From assembly GCA_017628025.1 (NCBI GenBank), contig JAGBZX010000006.1, forward strand, positions 3,433-67,432: DNA of 64,000 nt. Direction: 5' to 3'. Numbering within the stretch: position 1 is the first letter of the stretch; every line of letters starts with the position of its first letter. The translations under genes were made by a program, and so were the position numbers. The stretch is from Kiritimatiellia bacterium. Its GTDB lineage: Bacteria; Verrucomicrobiota; Kiritimatiellia; RFP12; UBA1067. Under the pieces are notes generated by a model. It was not told the DNA's origin and made no database searches. It was given only the letters and a program-made list of their open reading frames with translations. Shown here in pieces: positions 60,660-64,000 of the stretch.

Positions 60660-62963
60660 TTACTTAAGAAATATCACGAGCCCGGGAGCGGCGGTGGCAG
60701 TGAACTTGCCGTCCTCGCCCTCCGCCACCCTGTAGCGCTTGGCAAACGTCAGCGCGCCGTCGGGGTCGAAATCGGTCACGAGCCGCCCGACTCCATAGAC
60801 GGAGAACACGCCTGTGTACGTGCCGCCGAGAAGCGTCAGTCTGCCGCGGACGGCGAACGGAGCCGCGACCGTGCGCCCCGCGGCGCGCAGGGTAAGGGAA
60901 TCTCCCGCCGATATGGTGTAGCTCCCGGAATCGACGTCCTCGTACAGCCAGAGGCTGTCGCCGGCGACGTGGGCGGCCATTGCATCGGCAAAAGCCGGAT
61001 AGAAGACGTTCCCTATGCGCGCGGCGCTTCCGCTTTCCGCCACAATGCTGCGCCCGTCGTCCCATTCGTACTTCGAGTAGCCGCTCGCTATGAACTCGTC
61101 GGGGGCTACGCCGTGTATTCCGCCGGAGATGTATATGTTGCCGTACTTCCCGCTTGTCGAGGTCTTTTCACTCGCGTGGCTCCTGTTTGAATACGTGCCG
61201 GTGTTTTTCATCGAACCCAACTTGAAATCACCCCCCGAGATGTACATCTTGGCAGTTGACGAGCCGCTCGACTGCGAAATCATTGAAAGAATCGTCGACC
61301 CGAAGAATTGCCCGCCTGTGACGTAGAACTGCGTATTATGGCTTCTCTCAACCGAAGCCGACGAGACGCACGACATCTTGCAGTTCCAGAATTTGCCCCC
61401 GTATATCCGCCCCGTCGCCTCCCCGTTATATTTGGTGCCTGAGCCGCTGTGCCCGCTCCATGAGCAGATGTCGCAGTTGAAGAACGTCGGGACCTTCTCC
61501 GGATCCTGCCCGATATGCCATGTGGATGAATAGTTGTAGGCTTCCACAAGCGTATTTCGGAACGTCCCGCCGCGAATTTCGATAAGCCCGCTCCATATGG
61601 GGAGAATCATGGAGTATTCGAATTTCCCGCCCTCGACGATGATGTTCGCCGCAGGCGAGACGCCGCGGGCTTCGTGATATGAGGCGGAAAGGTAGACATT
61701 GTAGAAGTTGCCGTCCTGAATGGTAAGGGAGCCGCCGACCGTGTTGGCGTTTACCCTGAATAGACCGCCATTGGAAACAAATATCCCCTTCTCCCCGCAG
61801 GAAAGCGTTATCTCCCTTGCCCCAATGTCTATGGTCTGGGAATCGGCTATGTAAAGGTCGCGCAGGAGGGTGATCGTGGCCGCCGACGAAGTGGGGATTG
61901 CCGCCACGGCGTCAGCAAAAGTGGCATACGTCTCGTTGCCCACTGCAAACGGGTTGGAAGAGTCGTCGAAGTTGAGAAGCCCCTCAGCGTTGACTATCGA
62001 GCCGCCCTTGAGCGCACCGCCGCTGCAGTCCGCGTCAAACGTGCCGCCAAGGACGTTGATCACGGCAGTGGAGCCTTTGTTGTATGCTTCGGTGGAGACA
62101 TCGCCAAAGAACTTCGACTTGGCGAAAGTGCCGCCGTGCATGTTTATGGTCGAAATGGAATTATTGCCCATGGTGCCGCTGTCCGTCGGATAGCACGTCG
62201 ACTCGAAGAAAACGCCGTCAAAGGAGCCGCCGTAGATGTCTATTGTAGGCAGATGCTTGGGCCCCGAGCCTGTCGTGACCGTCGTAAAGAACTTTCCTCC
62301 TGAATACGTACCGGAATAGACCTTGATGTATCCATACTGATTCCCAGAAGACGGGTTTTTGTTTGCGAACTGGGCGCGCGACTCGAACGTGCAGTCGGTG
62401 CAAGCAGGGCCAGTCGGCGAGCCGTCCGCCCCCATCGTGAGAGTGCAGTCGTAGTTCTGCGAAAGGAACGTGCACCGATCAAACGCCCCTTGCGATACTT
62501 CCGTCATTGCCGCGTTGAAGTCGCTAAACGACGAGTCTGCGAAGCTGCCGCCGGAGATGTAGATCCTTGCGCTATTGTAGGTGCTGCAGGTGACTTTTGA
62601 ATAGTCTCCGCCTTCCACATACAGGCGCGTCGAGCTGCCGTCCAGCTTCATGCTCATTCCGGAGAATTTCCCGCTGCGCACGCGAAGCTGGCCCGTCTTC
62701 AAAAGGGTAAAACCCTTCCCAGAAACACTGAAAGCACCGCCTTCCAGATATATGACCTTGGAGTTGTTCGTGATGTTGATGTCGAGGGCGCAGTCGCCGA
62801 GAAGCTCGATAGTCTGGCCGGTCGTGGCGGCGGTGAACGCGGCGGGGAGCGTATCGTACTGGGCCCCCGTCTCAGATATCCTCGCTACATCGGCGGCATG
62901 CGCCAGGGGCGACACGCCGACAAAGAGAATCCCGACAACGAACCATACCGCCGCATTGCGCAT
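60660..62963 (-). CDS. secreted beta-helix repeat protein with three-fold modular organisation and GGxF rungs
   Basis: Start set to ATG 62961-62963 (MRNAAVWFVVGILFVGVSPLAHA signal peptide, GGTAGGA upstream); ORF-track start 62990 is TTG. It has at least 14 h-GG-x-(F/Y) motifs and three modules opening with IG..xY.TFADA.AA....TI.LL.D-like segments. Confidence 0.8.
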   Translation of the reverse strand: MRNAAVWFVVGILFVGVSPLAHAADVARISETGAQYDTLPAAFTAATTGQTIELLGDCALDINITNNSKVIYLEGGAFSVSGKGFTLLKTGQLRVRSGKFSGMSMKLDGSSTRLYVEGGDYSKVTCSTYNSARIYISGGSFADSSFSDFNAAMTEVSQGAFDRCTFLSQNYDCTLTMGADGSPTGPACTDCTFESRAQFANKNPSSGNQYGYIKVYSGTYSGGKFFTTVTTGSGPKHLPTIDIYGGSFDGVFFESTCYPTDSGTMGNNSISTINMHGGTFAKSKFFGDVSTEAYNKGSTAVINVLGGTFDADCSGGALKGGSIVNAEGLLNFDDSSNPFAVGNETYATFADAVAAIPTSSAATITLLRDLYIADSQTIDIGAREITLSCGEKGIFVSNGGLFRVNANTVGGSLTIQDGNFYNVYLSASYHEARGVSPAANIIVEGGKFEYSMILPIWSGLIEIRGGTFRNTLVEAYNYSSTWHIGQDPEKVPTFFNCDICSWSGHSGSGTKYNGEATGRIYGGKFWNCKMSCVSSASVERSHNTQFYVTGGQFFGSTILSMISQSSGSSTAKMYISGGDFKLGSMKNTGTYSNRSHASEKTSTSGKYGNIYISGGIHGVAPDEFIASGYSKYEWDDGRSIVAESGSAARIGNVFYPAFADAMAAHVAGDSLWLYEDVDSGSYTISAGDSLTLRAAGRTVAAPFAVRGRLTLLGGTYTGVFSVYGVGRLVTDFDPDGALTFAKRYRVAEGEDGKFTATAAPGLVIFLK

Positions 62964-63045
62964 TTTCCTACCTGCTGCTTGCATAATCAAATCCTCTCCG
63001 CTAACTATTTATCGCATCAAAAGAATACCTCCTTTGAATCATTGT

Positions 63046-63073
63046 ATTTTACCAAAAGTTCCCGAAATGTCAA
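63046..63073 (-). promoter_or_regulatory. sigma70-type promoter TTGACA-N16-TAAAAT for the 767-aa gene
   Basis: The minus strand has TTGACA at 63068-63073 and TAAAAT at 63046-63051, with GGAGG downstream. The -35 overlaps one arm of a 7-bp inverted repeat (TGTCAAC / GTTGACA at 63068-63074 and 63094-63100). Confidence 0.5.
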
Positions 63074-63259
63074 CGCCCGACAGTTATCCAAAAGTTGACA
63101 GGGAACACGGCATCATTTTTCATAAGCATAACACCACATCTCCCGCATTCAGATCCAATACAGACCCTATACCAGCAAAGGAACCCGAAAAAGTGAAGAC
63201 CCTGCGAAGCCCAATAAAATCGGGGGTGTTGTGGGGTCTGGCACCAAAAGGGTCTACAC

Positions 63260-64000
63260 CTACCGCCAAATAGGAACAAAGAGGATGTCTACGCTCGTTC
63301 CTTCCTTTGGATCGCGTTCGTATCTGAAGAATCGCCAGAGGAAGGACGTTTTCGTATATCCGTTCGCCTTCGAGTCATAGGTAAAGCCTGGGAACACGTC
63401 GAGCGAAACATCACCGTTCTCCTCTTCCCAGTCCCAGAGCTTCAAAAGTACCTTCCTGTTCGCGTAACTCTTGTTCGTCATGCGATCATGCTCATGTGAC
63501 GCGTTGTAAAGGAAGAAGAATAAAGACGATTCACCTTCTTCAATGTCTGAAATTTTCTTACGCGTGCTTATGTCGAAAGTAACTTCACGCTCGCCTTCAT
63601 ATCTGTATGCGAGACGATTGCCCTGATTGTGTTCATACGTGATTTTATACTCCTTCCCCTTCCAGGGAAGTCTGCCCGACACAATACGGTCATTATCGGA
63701 TACAAGACACAAATCGGCTTTGTTATATGCATAAAAATATGTACCATCCCTCCTCGGCTCGATCGACTCAATTTCACAACACTTCTTCTTGACGTTCCAT
63801 GTCCAGTTTGTATAGACCGAATCCCAAATTTTTATCTCTTCAGGCAGTTTATCCATGTCGAGACAAGCGTACTTCCTGTCATAATTCGCATCCTTCTTCT
63901 TATTGTAGAACGGGAAGAGCCACCATCCGGTTTTACGCCCCGAGCGCTTGCCGGCAAGAGAAAGTGCGTAATAACTGTTGGTCTGACTCGTCCCGCCGCC
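63260..64000 (-). CDS. hypothetical protein (C-terminal part; ORF open to the right edge)
   Basis: The frame of the 198-aa ORF stays open upstream of its first ATG through position 64000 (..GGGTSQTNSYYALSLAGKRSGRKTGWWLFPFYNKKKDANYDRKYACLDMDKLPEE..), so the gene probably starts outside the window. No family recognised. Confidence 0.6.
   Translation of the reverse strand, partial: GGGTSQTNSYYALSLAGKRSGRKTGWWLFPFYNKKKDANYDRKYACLDMDKLPEEIKIWDSVYTNWTWNVKKKCCEIESIEPRRDGTYFYAYNKADLCLVSDNDRIVSGRLPWKGKEYKITYEHNQGNRLAYRYEGEREVTFDISTRKKISDIEEGESSLFFFLYNASHEHDRMTNKSYANRKVLLKLWDWEEENGDVSLDVFPGFTYDSKANGYTKTSFLWRFFRYERDPKEGTSVDILFVPIWR

Larger units (their letters stand above)
53762..62990. other. compositionally distinct GC-rich block (possible genomic island or assembly chimera)
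   Basis: Hand-counted 60-nt lines give 62-63% GC here against about 40% in the backbone. The ORF track shows dense spurious antisense ORFs only in this interval. Confidence 0.65.

Noticed and set aside
54875-62475. Dozens of 60-230 aa ORFs in all frames across the two giant genes
   Set aside because: This is the same high-GC artefact. The products are Arg/Gly/Pro-rich and motif-free, and the long minus-strand frames have signal peptides and coherent domain and repeat structure.
1-64000. Search for tRNA, rRNA, integrase/transposase, toxin-antitoxin pairs or known defence genes (restriction, Cas, abortive infection)
   Set aside because: Intergenic regions are short, and none showed cloverleaf-like stems or rRNA-like sequence. 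No translated ORF showed recombinase, nuclease-helicase defence or TA-like signatures that I could recognise by eye.

Overview
This is a 64 kb bacterial window with about 55 protein-coding genes. All but one (tcdA-like, 40117-40845) lie on the minus strand. They are packed into long co-directional runs, many joined by 1-4 nt start/stop overlaps (ATGA/TGATG). I found no rRNA, tRNA, CRISPR array, transposase or integrase.

The backbone is about 40% GC by hand count of sample lines. It carries housekeeping genes: queA, dnaE, rdgB, serA, pnp, rpsO, secG, guaB, lepB, argS, proA, nth, ybeY, hisF, hisI and oadGAB. Glycan-related modules are interleaved with them:
- A 9-gene surface-glycan / sugar-nucleotide operon at 9.3-18.7 kb. 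It holds a GHMP sugar kinase, nucleotidyltransferase, SDR, two glycosyltransferases, an FkbH-like protein, a deacetylase and an esterase/GH28-like fusion. A DEAD-box helicase is translationally coupled at its head.
- A fucose/sialic-acid foraging run at 24.8-35.1 kb with sialate O-acetylesterase, Fkp-like fucokinase, fucI and fucP. A CBS-HATPase / DRTGG / site-2-protease module sits inside it.

The gene content is reminiscent of PVC-type glycan degraders, but the taxon cannot be established from sequence alone.

The most unusual part is 53.3-63.3 kb. An approximately 390 bp strand-asymmetric imperfect palindrome (a purine-rich arm, then a pyrimidine-rich arm, built from GGTGAAG/GAGTT-type words) sits exactly at the junction with a block of about 60-63% GC. 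That block encodes a signal-peptide-bearing S66 LD-carboxypeptidase plus two very large secreted beta-helix/lectin-like proteins of 1927 and about 767 aa. Each large gene has its own near-consensus sigma70 promoter in an AT-rich patch. This block is either a horizontally acquired surface-protein island or an assembly chimera, and it is the best candidate for something undescribed.

A recurrent extended -10-like motif, TGATA(T/C)A(A/C)T, precedes at least seven genes in the correct orientation. In three cases it lies only 7-11 nt from the ATG, implying leaderless mRNAs. All functional calls rest on motif and architecture recognition by eye, with no database search.
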